A stretch of 63,400 nucleotides of DNA, counting the filler, from Dugesia japonica (taxonomy: Eukaryota), in NCBI GenBank assembly GCA_001938525.1. It is 6 parts of 6 records of this genome, joined end to end, with 100 filler letters (N's around TTAATTAATTAA, not from the genome) between each part and the next. Parts side by side here need not be neighbours in the genome. Positions count along the whole stretch, not along the records: positions 29,305 to 42,714 come from MQRL01613062.1; positions 42,815 to 51,657 come from MQRL01593424.1; 4 more parts are not named here. One strand, written 5' to 3'. Made by a program: the position numbers and the translations under genes. The notes under the pieces are model-generated. The model was given only the letters and a program-made list of their open reading frames with translations, did not search any database and had not been told where the DNA came from. This document shows, in pieces, positions 36,101 through 51,014 of this stretch; position 1 is the first letter of the stretch, and every line of letters starts with the position of its first letter.

Positions 36101-39100
36101 AAAAATTCTAACACAAAATAAACTTCATTCAGCCGATGGATATAGAATACAATATGTGTTTTAATAAAAAGGCACCAACTAATACAGCAAATAGAGTACA
36201 ATAAATATACAATTCATAACTGAAACAGTTTATCACCAAACAATAACAAAATTATCACAATTGTCATTTATCAATAAATGTGGGACATTTTAGGAACAAA
36301 ATTCTTAACCATCTAATACTAAATTCATAACATCCTAAAGAGGCAAATAACAATAANNNNNNNNNNNNNNNNNNNNNNNNNNNNNNNNNNNNNNNNNNNN
36401 NNNNNNNNNNNATAATAATAATCATGAAAAACAATGCATTTGATTGATACGTCATAATAAGCAATGCTGAAATGAAAGAGTGTTGAGATATTATGTACAA
36501 ATAGAAAGCAGTCATGAGTGTTGTGTAGTCGTCGAGCTTTGTCGCTAACAAATAATATAATGAATTGGACTATTTACAGAAATCAAATGAAAACCTAAAA
36601 CATGTAAATACACACACGCACGCACACACTACAGGCACAATTTAGCAATAATAAAATAAAAATCGTAACACACGTTCACACGCGGACTCATCGAAAATAA
36701 AAGTGATTTAATAATAATAATAATTAATATTTGCTAAACCATAATAATCAATTTACTTATAAGTGAGCCGTATATATAAAATGCACATAAATCAGTCAAT
36801 AATCTTATTTAACAATTATTATGAATTAAAATAAAATTGATTGTGTAACACAACACCAACAAGGAAGAAAGAATTGATAAAATCACAGCATTGTTACAAT
36901 ATTTTACTAAATTTAGATTGGTGTCAGTAAAGGAGGTATAATTGCCCAAGAATTATTATCGTGCATCGAATATACATTAGATAATAATTTTCATAGCACT
37001 ATGTACAATGACATCATCATTAACAAATTCCCTGCTGCATAGGCGGCATAATATGTTGTAAAGCAACACTTGATCTAATTAATAAGTTACGTTTAAAAAT
37101 GATAAAAAAATTAAATAATGAACCTAATAAATGAGTTATGATTGTTGAACTGACTCATAATTAATCGAGGCTTCCCAGGTTCAATATTATAATACGACTG
37201 TACTAGAGCATGAATTTTCACTGAAATAAAATAAGAGATAATAATTGTTATATGAAATCAGTTCACGTGACATGGNTTAAAAATAAACAAATTTAATATT
37301 GAATAAATGCATAAAAATATAAAATATCAACTAAAATACTTTGATATTTCTATAATGATAATATAACTTTAAAAACAATAACTCTAAAATTAAATTTTAT
37401 CCATCTTGGAAATTATTCTTATCCAAATCATTAAAACATAATTATTTTGTATAACTAGTGAATGCAAAAAATATTTCAAGCATTTATATGTGAAATACAA
37501 CAGTGGAAATAGTTAATATACACTTTCTATTTCCGAAGCTCAAAACAGCCCTTAAGGAAAGGCGTTTTGATAAAATTAAATCCAAAATAGGACTAATATG
37601 ACGCCTTCCAACGGTTGTATGAATGATGCAAGATATGTAGAGATGGAAAGGACAGTAAAAAATAAAATTTGTTTGTATCATGATGTTTTATTTCTATAAG
37701 ATAAGTCCTGAAATCTTTTTAATACACCAATTAATAATTATTATTTAACTAATTAATTATTATTAATCAACTTTTAATCTTATTTCAATAATCTTATTTT
37801 TAATCTAAAACTTCACAACAAATTCGTTTGTAATAAGAATTTTCATTACAAAAAATTTTAAACAAGCAAAAATCAGAATTGCTGTTCTTCATAACAAATT
37901 TGTTTTAAAAAATATATTAAATAAACGCAACTTAGTTTTACAAACTTAAATCATAGAGTGGAGATAATGGGAATTCATTTCAAAATGAAACTATAGTTGC
38001 AACTTAATCGTCGGTCCCAAAAATTGGATACTGGCCATTAAGAGCACAATAATTAATTCGCTTTTTTATTCTTGATTGAATAAAATATGAACCTGTTAAT
38101 CATAAAAAACCTGAATTGGTTACATAAATAAAAACAGAACTGTTAAATTGCAATGTTAGATGTTTGACCTATTATTGAAAATGTTATTTAATTATGACGA
38201 AACCCTAAAACAAGATGTAAAGTAGAAAAATTTCATTTGAAATTACTTCGAAATATAGAAATTATTATTAGGTAATTTATAATTACTTGTAAAATATTTT
38301 TTTAATATTTAACCGAATATGATTTAACTGAAAAAATAGCTTCGATCAAATTAAATTGTTATTTTATAGATATTCNNNNNNNNNNNNNNNNNNNNNNNNN
38401 NNAATAAAATAGAACTTTAAATCTATTAAAATTGCGTACAATTTTTTATATTTTAAAGTAAGCTTTTTAGTATATTGATTGCCCATTACAATTATACTAG
38501 AAAATAAAACGTTTACTGAAGGAGCCAACTATAAGTTTACTCATACCTTGCTGTTTACTACATCGGATATAATATTACAAATAGTTTTAGTGATATAATT
38601 TTAATTATATTATTTTACAAAACATTAGAACCAACTCATAATAAATTTTATACAAAAACTGTATTGTGACAAATATCATTATTTTTTTACAGATGTTTTA
38701 GATAAATGATTTCAAAAACCATGAAGCTACAAAATTAAATATAATNNNNNNNNNNNNNNNNNTATGTCATTGTCACCAAAAGTTTATTTTATAGCATTAG
38801 CTTATTATATTACATCCTCATCGGTGTTTAGATTTTCCTGTTTATGATCATAAATAGAAATGTTGACATTGTCGGCCATTGTAGAAGTGACAGAAATTTT
38901 GACAATACACGTTATTATTATTAAAATATAATTAAGTTTTAATATTTGCCTTTATAATTTAACTTTAATTTTTTTACGAATATCTTAATGTTCTTACATA
39001 ATTTTATAGACGGCTGGCAACCCTGGTAGAGAACCTAATAAAAAATATACTTGTCCAGTTAGCGTGTAAATAGAAATTTTTTTAAATTACATGGAATATT

Positions 39101-39871
39101 TTATGCCATCATTTTTTTATCATTTGAAATATTATATTTTATTTTAAATACTGGACTAATTTACGACAATTCCGTTTAAACACTAGCTTGCCCTCAATGA
39201 ATAATCAACGGTGTCATTATTAATACATTAATGAAATAATTATACAACTACATGCACACCATTGAATACACATACGTAATCAGCAATTCGTCAGTATTAT
39301 TAGAATTGAAGAAAATATTTTCTACCAGAGTTCTAAATGCATAAGTATCCAAACAAAATAATTTCAAATGAATCATCGATTATGAATCACAAAAATAATT
39401 TCAAAAAAAGAAATATTTTATGAAAAATACAAAATAGATTAAAATTTTAAGAACTAAAATTATGTGTCATTAAAAATTTGAAATATTAATTACCGTTTAA
39501 AATCATCCTAATCTTACTTTTGAAAAAATACTAATTTCAAACATATTTATCTAAATTGAAAAATATGTTCTATTTATAATACATTTTCTTAAGAAATTTA
39601 TTAGAAAATTATTTAATTCAAGTTTTAGAAACACTTAAGTGTCACAGTTCAACGTGTCGTTCACATCAAAATAAGAAATTTAATATATGCTGACAATGTA
39701 CAGAAATTCGTTTACCATCAATGAAAATATTAAAACTTATTTATTTTTACTGTAATTATTAATCTTTATTCTATATACAAATTTAAATAAGCAGAGGTAA
39801 TTATGACAACTAATGTTTAATGAATTAAACTATTTTAATATATACATCTAAACATTTACACACCCACACAC

Positions 39872-41033
39872 ATAGAGTGTCAGCTATTTAAGAACAAAAC
39901 TGTTTTAATTAAATATAATATTACTGGCGAAAGGAGGGTATAATTTTTATAATATTTAGTAATATAATTGTTTAAAGAACGCACTAAATTTGTTATCAAT
40001 AAAACAACCCTTAACTTCAATACGGCTTCTGAAACTACTGCATGCATTTATCCGATGGTTTTAATTAATTTTAGCTTATAGCAGCCTTGAATTCTTGGTA
40101 TTGTGAGAATGTTTGTTCGCTGTCTTCTCTACGATGCCCCAGAAGAAATAGTCCAAGGGATTCAAATCTAGTGATCTAGGTGACCATAAGTTTGGGGTGT
40201 CGTGGTCATGAAAGTTCTCCANNNNNNNNNNNNNNNNNNNNNNNNNNNNNNNNNNNNNNNNNNNNNNNTGTTGGAAAATGTATGACCTTCATAGGGCCAC
40301 TTTTTAAATCTAAGATTTCACATAGATTTTTAACACATTGGTGTCATCAGCTGCCTTCATTCTAAGTCCTTGTGGGAAAAGTACGGAGACATGACATAGC
40401 CTTCGTTATTGACAACATCCAAAACCATTAATGATATACATGACAGCCGGAACTTGAGAAGGACTGGAATAAAGCCATATATCGTTTCTTCTATTGATCT
40501 TCTTGATAAAAATTCCTCTCATCTAAAAAGAACCATGTGATATTAGGACATTCAGGATGCTTGACTTTATTCAACAAACGATTTGACCGAATTAAACGAT
40601 TTTTTCTATTTTTATCTGTCGTAAATTGTCCTGTGTTCATAACGTAAGACTTAAATCCTGAGTCACAATACATTGTACATCTGATCGTTAACTACGATAC
40701 ATGCAGTTGTTTGGAAATGTTTATCATTGATTTGCCAGGATTTTCGTTAATGATACCAAGGACTTGTTGAACAAATTCGTCATTCCTGTAAATATCTGAA
40801 CGGGGATGCTTCTTTTTAGACATAAAAGACACATTTTCACTAGAGGCCATAAGATCTTGTCTAATTTTAAACACAAAAGACCGGGAGACATTGGGAAAAT
40901 TTACAATTTTAGAATCACTTTGTTTTGCGGCTAATATAACAAGTGTTTTCTTGCATTTATAAAGCAAATGTATATATTAAAATAATATTGTACTATTTTG
41001 ATACCGAGTTTTGTTCTCAAATAGATGATGTAT
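39872..41033 (-). mobile_element. Tc1/mariner-superfamily transposon fossil (maT/DD37D-like)
   Basis: WFFLDERNFYQ, WSPRSLDLNPLDYFFWGIVE; inverted ends CTATTTAAGAACAAAA / TTTTGTTCTCAAATAG. Confidence 0.85.
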
Positions 41034-41664
41034 ACACAATTTATTTTAAACTAATTAGATACCAAGCTCCAGTGCTTTAACTCGTAAAATTGAGAGAATA
41101 TTAAGTTAAAGCACAGAGGTTGACAACCAAACTGTCGCATAATTGGTTATTCATAATTATGGATCTATATATTAATTTTAAGTAAAAGTAGGAGATTCTT
41201 AGTGATATTGCATAGAATAGTTTTGAGAGCAAAACATTTTTCATTGTTTAACGTATTAAAAAAATGTAAAATTGCCCAAAGCATTTCGTGTCGTCGAAAT
41301 TCTAAATAAAAAATAATGTTTGAATAAATTTTTATTGATTCTATTGTCGTGAAAATCTAAAATTTGAAACATCCCTCTTCAGAAATAATAAATTTTATTT
41401 TTGTAAAATTAAAATCTCCAGCATTATAATCGGTTATAAACAAAGCATTCTCTTAATGAACTCAAGGAACTTTTTCCAAAATTATAAAAACTGTTCATTT
41501 ACGTTTAAGAATAACACAGCATAATGATTGTGAAAAGTAAACCCTGTGAATTCCGTATTATAATTTAAGTATGTTTGTCAAACGCATGTACTAAAGTCAT
41601 CTAAAAAATTATTAAATTTTATTATTGGGCATCGATAATTACAGGAAAATTAAAGTAACATTTA

Positions 41665-42111
41665 CGTGTATTATATGACAACAATAACGGATTATTTACA
41701 TTTTTATGTGAAGAGTTTTTGAGNNNNNNNNNNNNNNNNNNNNNNNNNNNNNNNNNNNNNNNNNNNNNNNNNNNNNNNNNTTATGCGCATTAATCCATTA
41801 ATTAAATGAAATAATTTACTTCTAGCTTCTTCTAATGTCGTCATTTTATCGGAAATATCGGCACAAAATAAACGTCCATTAAAAACAGGTTCGAAAAAAG
41901 TTGGATTGTTGAGAAATTTTTGGTTGATTTGGCTTTGGCAATTTATCATCGTTTTATCTGTTGTAAACTGCATATTATATAAATTATTATCACCATTATT
42001 GATATTGTTTATTGAATGGGGGCAGCATGTACAGAGAAAACCGTGGAAGAGTTGACGACCTTGTGATACAAATGGACTTTGCAATGCAGTTTCAGCACTA
42101 AGCCTTTCATT
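41665..42111 (-). CDS. NLK: Nemo-like kinase, C-terminal exon (partial gene)
   Basis: After an AG acceptor: NERLSAETALQSPFVSQGRQLFHGFLCTCC...FEPV...EARSKLFHLI, matching NLK/LIT-1 KRISAKDALAHPYLDEGRLRYHTCMCKCC...DFEPV; 3' boundary uncertain (N gap). Confidence 0.8.
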
Positions 42112-43129
42112 CTAAAAACAAATAATAAAATATTGGAAAAAAGATTACTAATGGAAATATGAAAACTAAGTCAATTTTTAAGCTACTACGAATATGCATG
42201 CTGGTTTTAAATTATTTGATGATCTACTTGAAAAATAATCACTACTGGATTAAGATAAAAAATTGATAATAAAAGAGAATTCCTATCTTCTAAATATCCA
42301 TAATTTTTTTAACATTTAAATGTCACTATAGAATACATCGTCTCCTAAATTCTCAAAATAGATGTTTTCCAAAAAAAACTTTACATTCGAGATTATATTC
42401 TTTCAAGTTCTGTCAATGTCTAAAATGAAATTGAGTGTTTGTTGAAAAGTTAATTATGGGCAGAAAGAAATTTAAGATTAAGATAAGATTTGTAAATTTT
42501 CACAATCAGCAATTGTATTAATTGAACAAAAATATTTTGTTAGTAGTAGGAATTATTGATTATTTGCATATTGAAATATATTCAATACATATGTTAATAT
42601 TATAAGCGGAAATGGATAATAATATTGATATATAACCGGAAATTGCATCACTACTTTAGGTCAAAGTATAAAAATAATTGTTTCTGATATAAAATATTAA
42701 TAAATTATTTTCCTNNNNNNNNNNNNNNNNNNNNNNNNNNNNNNNNNNNNNNNNNNNNTTAATTAATTAANNNNNNNNNNNNNNNNNNNNNNNNNNNNNN
42801 NNNNNNNNNNNNNNTTTTTTGAACACAAAAATTTTTGTTTGTCTTCGAAGGCATTTGACTCCTGTGCCTGTCTTGTTAGAGCTCCCCTCGGTACGCCTAT
42901 AACATTTTTATTTATGAACAAATTAAAAAGAAACTTTTTCTAAATAAAAATAAAAAAAAGAAAGATATTGAAAAATACAGTTGCGCTGAATAGATTGAAA
43001 CATTATTCAAAATATTCTCTTTTTTACTTAAAATAATAAACAAGGTAAACTTCCATCATTACTATTTATTTTTAGAGAATTGCATTGTATATTAAAACTG
43101 TCAATGTACATTTAAGATAAGTCAGATAT

Positions 43130-43330
43130 TTACAGGAATTCTTTACTAGATTCGAGCAAATGGATGTGATTTAACATAACTTGCAATAGCACATGGTCTC
43201 CTAGTTCGAGCCTTTCTGGTATAATATTTTATCTCTTTAATACTTCGCAGTATTTTGTCTACACAATGTTGTGTTATCTTGACAGTTACTGCAATTTCTT
43301 TTATTTCCAATTGTTATTTCCACAAAAACT
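43130..43330 (-). pseudogene. Possible Tc1-type transposase N-terminal HTH remnant
   Basis: IKEIAVTVKITQHCVDKILR...RKARTRRP...VKSHPF. Confidence 0.35.
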
Positions 43331-46300
43331 ACATATTTAAGCTCATTTAGAAATTATTAATTCACCGGTTTTCCCCTTTAAAGTGAACAAAATTTATAAC
43401 TACTTAAATTAAATTGAAATTTAAAAGTCAGTAAATTACTAAAATAAGAAACATTTTAAAAATATTCGAAATTTTGGCGAGATTGTACATGAAAAAGAGT
43501 GAATAGTTGAAATAAAAGTTTAAAATTAATTAAATAGAAATTGAATTACGATATGTTAATACTAATTTTTGAAATTTCTATAATATTATAAATCGCTTTT
43601 ACGTGCTCTATTAGCCTTTTCTTAAAGAAATAAGAACGTTATTTATTAAACTATTTATTTGCTACTAATTTTAACAGAATGATAATCATCATCAAACTTC
43701 ATTTATGCAATCCTTATCAATAATTATTAAAATTATTTTAAGAGCGAGGTTGAATATTCAGTTGATTTGTTTATTTTAAGATTTAAGGTCCTCATCAACA
43801 AAGCTATACACATCACTCTCCTCCAAAATTTATAAAATCCATAGCACAAGATCTTAAAATCAAACAGCTTTTCTTTGATACTCAAAATTATTACTATTTC
43901 CTTTTCATTTGACTATGCTCTTGGACTACGTGCAGAGATAACAGGAAGTCCTTCGTATGTTTGTGACATAAACATTTATATACAAGATCAGAACACAAAC
44001 CTTGGACATATTTATAACCTAGTGGAACACAGCTTTTATATTTAAAATGTCTTGAAGAACACTTTCTCTGAAATAAGGTGTTGGCCAGACATTTGTAGGA
44101 TGTTTCTTGGTAAAAAATGTTTTATGAAATTCTATAATATTAATTAATAACGAGTTTTACATACAAATTAACAAACATGTATACATACATATATATTCTT
44201 TTAAAAAATAATTTATTCATTTTTTATTTTTTATCTTTAAATTTTATTTTAAAAATTTTTCATTTATTTTAAATATTAAAAATATTTTTAGACGCGGTTG
44301 TGATGGTTTAATTATAATTATAATACAAAGATCACTATTAAATATTGATGTTGTTTTACTTATTTTCATTATGACTAGAAATATTAAAAAGACCAGTGCT
44401 GTCCATCGGGTAGTTTGTGAGTTATAGTTCATTTTACAACAAATAAATATCTTAATTCTAATTAATCTATTTCTTTTTACTAAAGTTCAGAAACACTAAA
44501 GAAGGAAATCGATGTTAACCGCACCCTTAAAGTGATAATATTGATTATATACTTCAATCAAAACATTATCTTAAATTATTATTATCTCAAACATCGATGT
44601 ATGAGTAACTCGTCACAAGGTCGATTTTTTAGCTTAAAAAATTTTTTATGAGTATTTTTGAGTATTAAATTCGACCGAGTACAACAGCCAATAGAGAATG
44701 TGTGACCAGGTAACACACACAAATAAATGATTGGTTGCGCCAGGGTCATTTTTCACTCCGAAATGTTTGCTAAAGAAAAATTTGTCAGTGTTCTAAGATA
44801 AGTTAGACTGCGCTGAAATATAAAGTTATTAATCAATCAGAATTCTTTGAAAAAAAATTATAATAAAATATAAAATTTGAAATAAACTGAGAAATGTAAA
44901 ATACTTTAAACATTACTTACCCATGAAATGAAATACCGTATTTCTCATTGATTGTGCGCATCTGATGTCTATCGCAGGTCTAGTGTTTCATAATGAAAAA
45001 GTTTTAAAATATGAAAATTTTGAATTAAGAATTATTATTGATATTTATGTAAAAAATAAATATTAATTTACAAAAATTATATCCTTATTCTATCTAAATT
45101 AATGTTGATTGTAAATATTTTATTTCATTTATGTATATAATTTTCGTATTTTACATATCTTAATAAACCTCTATTTATATTGTTGATGAAATAATAATTG
45201 GTTCGATTTTTACCATATAATAATTACAGATAATTAATTTATAAAAATCGTGTAAATTTATAATTTAAAATCAACTAACAGTTTGATGATATTTAAAATA
45301 TTTTATAATAACTTTAAACATTGAAAAAAATATTTTAAATGAATATTTTCTTTCAATATTTCCCGTTATTTTATCAATAAGATAAATAAAAACAAAAAAT
45401 AAATACGTTTTCGTGATTTTTCTCTTATTTGTAAATGTATAACCGGCACCACAGCTTTAAATTAAATTGTCTGTCTTCTGAATTAATAAAAAAACTGAAA
45501 TTTTTTTTTTAAAAAATTATGAATTAAAACTTAATTTAGACATAACCGTTAATACTTAATAAAATTTCATAATATAAAATTTTCATTATTTAATTGGTAA
45601 ATTTTCTGAAATATATTTTTAATTTTCATCGTGAAATATTTGTTAAAAATTTATATTAGAAATGAATGCTTCTTTTAAATTTGAATTATTTTTTATTAAT
45701 TTATAACCAATTATATTGTAATTTATTATTTTCAACAATATAAACTGAATATACATATTTAAAGAAATACTTATTTTGAAAAATTGTAAATAATAGTTTA
45801 ATGTGGAAATTATTACTTAAATTATTAATTAAATGATGAAAATTACAAAGTATTTCTTAGAATATATTTATTTCATTATTAAAAAAACGATATTTATCAT
45901 TATTTTACTTAAATCTGAAATTGATAATTAAAATATATAAAATAAATTTAGTAAATTTAAATTTTAGTAGATTGATAGTGTAGCACTGGGCTATTTCTTT
46001 GTTGATGCACTCATATACAGTATGATATGTAATCAAAGTATGATTACGACACACTTATGGGTTACGTCATCATTCCGTAACCCAAATTATTATATCATAA
46101 TTATGTGGTAATTAACAAATCAACTCGAGATTACCTCATGTGTATTATAGTTACATCATATATTATGTAATAATTCATATTACAAGATTTATTTCAAATC
46201 ATATTGTATTTTTAGTTGATCATAATAGGTCTGGAATCTACTAAAGTCTACAATTAAAAGATTATGAAAGTACTTATGTACTAATATCCTTGTTAAACTT

Positions 46301-47244
46301 CATTGTTTGCAATAAATGTAATTTTTCGGAATTTTCAAAATTTGTTATTCGTATAAACAAGTTATATCTTTTAGCAATTGTTTAATATTATAAAGGAAAA
46401 TGTGACAACACTTGTAAATTTTCTACCAATACAAATCATAAAATTCGATAGATTCATTTACCCAATACAGTAAAAATAAACCTACTACATTCAATGCTTC
46501 CTATATATTTATTAAATCTATACATTCAATTCGTTTACGTATTTGACTTACATATTGTATTCAATTTTGATCTAATCATTCAAGTTAATCAATTCACTTA
46601 ATACATCGAATATGCTTAATTTGTTCCATTAAACAGAAATCTATAAGCAGTAGTCACTATTTTCAATAAAATAAACACTAAGCTGATAAAATATTTTTTC
46701 TAAACGTTCATTCTAAATCAATCTCATATAAATAACATTGGATTTAGAGACATGGATTTTTCAGTTTTTGCGTTTTCATTTCTCTTTAGATATAATGACT
46801 TAACATTAATTTTTTGTAGTTATTTTAACTATAATTTATGTTATAAGTACAATTATAACAATTATATGACTGATAATAATTATAGAATATATTAATAATA
46901 ATTGGGTAACAATTATAATAATAACGTCAAATAGTATTTTATAATAATAATTACAAAGATCACTTTTAAAAATTGGTGTTGCTTTTTTATCTTTGCAATG
47001 ACTAGAAATATTAAATAGACGATTATTTATCAATGACAATTCATCATAAAAGAAAACTACTCATAATAAAATATAAAATTAGAAATAAACTAAGAAATGA
47101 AAAATAATTTAAACATTTCTTATTAATGGTAGAATACTATTTTTGTATGTTGGAAAATATTTTTAATGTGATGGACTATAATTTTAATGCAATGTGTTAC
47201 AATTTTATGTGATAGGATATAACTTTAGTATAATAAATGATAAA

Positions 47245-48512
47245 CTACCATGATCAAAACATACCCGGTCAAACCAATTTAAATTTCACACACAAATGCT
47301 ATAGATGTAATCCTTTTTTAAAAGTTGCTACATTCCCAAATGTCTGTTGAACAGATCGTAATTTGAAAAAGCTACAGTAACTTATGTAAATAAACTTTAG
47401 TGTTACCTTCTATGTGTAGGATAGATGATATAATTGAACAAAGAATTTGCATTAAATTCTTCGTCAAAAACGAAATTAGACGTCCCGATTCCTTGAAAAT
47501 GCTACAGAAGTGATATGACAACAATGCTTTATCAAAGGCTATATGCGATTTTTAGATGGTTGTAAGACTTTCACAGATGATCCTAGATCTGGAAGACCAT
47601 CAACCTCGAAGAACGACAAAAATATCAAAGAAATAAAGTTATTGTTAATGGAAAATAAGAAATTGACTATCAGAGAGATTGTTGAAGATATAGGAATATC
47701 ATTTGAAACTGTTTAAACCATTTTGGATGAAGATTTAGGATTAAAACGTGTTGCTGCAAGACATGTTCCATATGAATTGACCATTTTTAAAACATTTAGT
47801 CGTGTTGAAATTTCAAAGGACATGCTCTCTAACATTGATTCTGATGAAACATTTACAAAACGTATAATTTTTGGTGGTGAAATTTGGGTGATTGAGTATG
47901 AAACTCAAACAAAACATCAATCAAGTCAATGGCAGTCTCCGGAAGAGCCAAACTCGAAAAATTCAAGTCGTTTTTAGTCAAAAAGGAAGGTCATGCTGAC
48001 CGTTTTCATCGTTTACAATGGAGTTGTACACCATGAATTTATTCTGGAAGGTCAAACAGTCAACAAGGAGTATTATCTAGGTGTTATGAGACGAATGCGT
48101 GAAGCTGTACGTTTGAAAAGAAAAGATTTGTGGAGAAACAGTTCCTGGACTTTACACCATGACAATGCACCAGCTCACAATGCAATAGTTATTCGAGATT
48201 TTTTGCAAAAGTTCAATACAAATACCATCTAATAAGCTTCGGATTCACCAAATATGGCTGTTGGCGACTTCTTCCTATTTAATAGGCTGAAAAAACCACT
48301 TCGAAGAAAACGTTTTTATACCATAGAAGCGATCAAACAATAAACGAAGGATGCACTGTTGGGTAGAAGGTACTTGAAAATCGGATTACACGTTGGCATA
48401 GGTGCATTGAGGTCAATAGAGACTACTTTGAAGTTGACAATTAAAATTGTTTTGAATAAATAGTTTGTTTCATTTTAAATTGAGTTGACCGGATATTTTT
48501 TGATCATGATAG
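47245..48512 (+). mobile_element. Mariner element (irritans-like DD34D), full-length fossil
   Basis: TIRs CTACCATGATCAAAACATACCCGGTCAA / TTGACCGGATATTTTTTGATCATGATAG followed by TA; EQRICIKF, DDPRSGRP, HHDNAPAH, SPNMAVGDFFLF. Confidence 0.95.
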
Positions 48513-48519
48513 TATTTAA

Positions 48520-49520
48520 CGCGATGATTTATAATTTTGTGTTGGCTTTCTATTTTACACATATAGTGGTATTAGTTGGATTGTATTTTTATGTGATGAA
48601 ATGAAATTCTAGCATGATGAATGATAGTTTCCATTGACTGCTATGTAATTTTTCAAGAATTTTTATAACTTCTATGAAATTTTGAAAGATATTGATACAA
48701 TCTTTGAAAGTTAATTTTAACGTCTATGTAATTTATTAACTATTTAAATGACTTCTAGTTAATTTTTGATGAATTCTTTATACTACTAGTAAACTATAGA
48801 AATATTTTCATGATGTCTAGTAATTTTTGGTTATTTTTTATATTCTTGTAATATTTGAAAGACTTTATTTACTGCTATGTAATTCATGAAAATGTTAAAC
48901 AACTTCTTCTAAATTTTGATTATTTTCTTATAATAATTGTAAACTATAAAACTATAAACTATATCCGTGACATATATTAATTTTTAGTTATTTTTCACAT
49001 GTTATGTTTGAAAGATTTTATTGACTTCTATGTAATTCATGAAAATTTTGAATGACTTTTTTATAACCTTTATGTGTTGATTATTAGTTTTTATAAGTTG
49101 ATTTAGATTATTGTGTAATGTAATATAGTTTTAGTATGATTATTTTATGTGTTGACCTAGAGGTTTGTGTGATGGAATATAATTTTTGTGTATGGATTAT
49201 AAGTTTAACTTGTTGGTTATAATTTGTATGTGTTTATGTAGAAATTATATTGTCTTCTATTTAATTTTTGAAAGTTATTTAATTTATGTAATTTATGATA
49301 ATTTTTAATGACTTCTATAGAATTTTAGTGTGATGGATTATAATTTTATGTATTGGCTTAGACATTTTATGTGTTGTCTGTTAATTTTAACATGTTAACT
49401 TAGAAGACTTATGTGTTGGCTTTGAAATTTATGTAGGATGTTAAAATTTAGTGTGATGGATTACAATTTTAATATGTTTCATTGAAATCATAATGGGATG
49501 AGTTTCCATTTTCATATAAT
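48520..49520 (+). repeat. Degenerate satellite-like repeats (GACTTCTATGTAATT and TTTTATGTGTTGGATTATAA types)
   Basis: Recurrent 20-32 nt units; similar units at 47140-47235. Confidence 0.6.
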
Positions 49521-50976
49521 GACTAACAATTTTATATGTAGAAANTACTTATAAAAATATGAGTATATTTGTATAATACTATGAAATTTGTATGCAAATA
49601 TGCGAATTTAATGTATACTTATAAAATGTGTATATATTTGTGTGAAGTTTACATATTTTTAGTGTATTTAATAAATTTAACACTTCAGGAGAGAAAAACA
49701 ACAAATTTGGCAGACCTTTACCGAAAATAGAATTTCTATTAAACGCAACAAAGCAAAAGACGACTGAAAAGAGCCATGCTGAAATCATATTTATAAAGGA
49801 AATTAGTAGAGAAAAATGGTACGAATCAGAGGTTTCAGAAAAAACTAACGCGTTACTTTGAGAAAATTGAATTTAAACGATTCATTTTTGTACGGTTGAA
49901 ATAAATAAGCTTATGATTTATTTATGTAAAATTTATTTATAATTTATTCATTTTTATTACGTTTATGTTTATAGTCTATTTGGATAAATATTTTGATGGA
50001 AATTAAATTTTATATTCCATTTTTATTCATAGAAGACAGGAAGATAATTATTTGTAATAAATGCTGCATGTATTTTATCAATCAAATTTTTATTTGCAAC
50101 TTTTTAAACTAATAAATACATATCAAATAAATTTATTACTAATAAAATATCGATTTATAAAATGTGGTATTCATTTGAATTAATTAATAATTCATATCTT
50201 GTTTTAAACAGGTGTTATGACAATTGATTAAATACTAAATTTAAATTAGTTACTAAATTAATATATTGAGCCGAAATAACTACATTTATTAAAAATATCC
50301 AGCGGTAAATTTAAATCAGGGCACAATTAATACATAACAAATACATACACATGTGATCTATTACGTTTTCTGTCACTATTTACTATTCTTCTCTCACACT
50401 CATTTATTTTCTTTCACTCTTCATTGGTGTTCTCTATTTACTACTAGCTTTCTCTAGTAGTGTGTGTGTGTGTGTGTGTGAAAATTTACAATATCAAGAA
50501 ACCTTGGAAAACGATTACTTTCAACTTTCGGTAAAAGATACTGTAATTTCTTTAATTTACACATTACACGACTCAAGACGACAATTTGTTTTCATTAGCA
50601 AAACTATTAATTAAACAACTTTTCTTATTACAAAATTCAAGTATGACTTTTTACTAAAAATTATTCTGAATAGAACCATTCTTCGAATAAAAATTATTTT
50701 ATCCAATGTTAATTGGTTAATATTTTAAAAATTCATCTTTAAAATAAAATTTTTACAAACTCTTTTTATAATAATTTGTAAAAAAAATCTTTAAAATAAA
50801 TTCTTCGATTTTTTGTAATTTTGAAAAAATACTATTAAATATTCATCAAATATTGATTTAAAGTTTTCTTTTTATAAAAATTCTCTAATTATTTTTTCAA
50901 TTTCCAAATAATATCTGTAATTTTATTAAAATATCTTATTCGAATATTACATTGAATGAAGAAAATTAATCCTTTT

Positions 50977-51014
<38 letters not shown>

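Noticed and set aside
44913-44925. TACTTACC resembling the U1 snRNA 5' end
   Set aside because: No downstream U1 sequence; more likely a minus-strand splice donor
46235-46242. AATCTACT as the right end pairing with the 45966 terminus
   Set aside because: Only 8 bp of inverted match and no 6-bp TSD (AATTTT versus AAAGTC)
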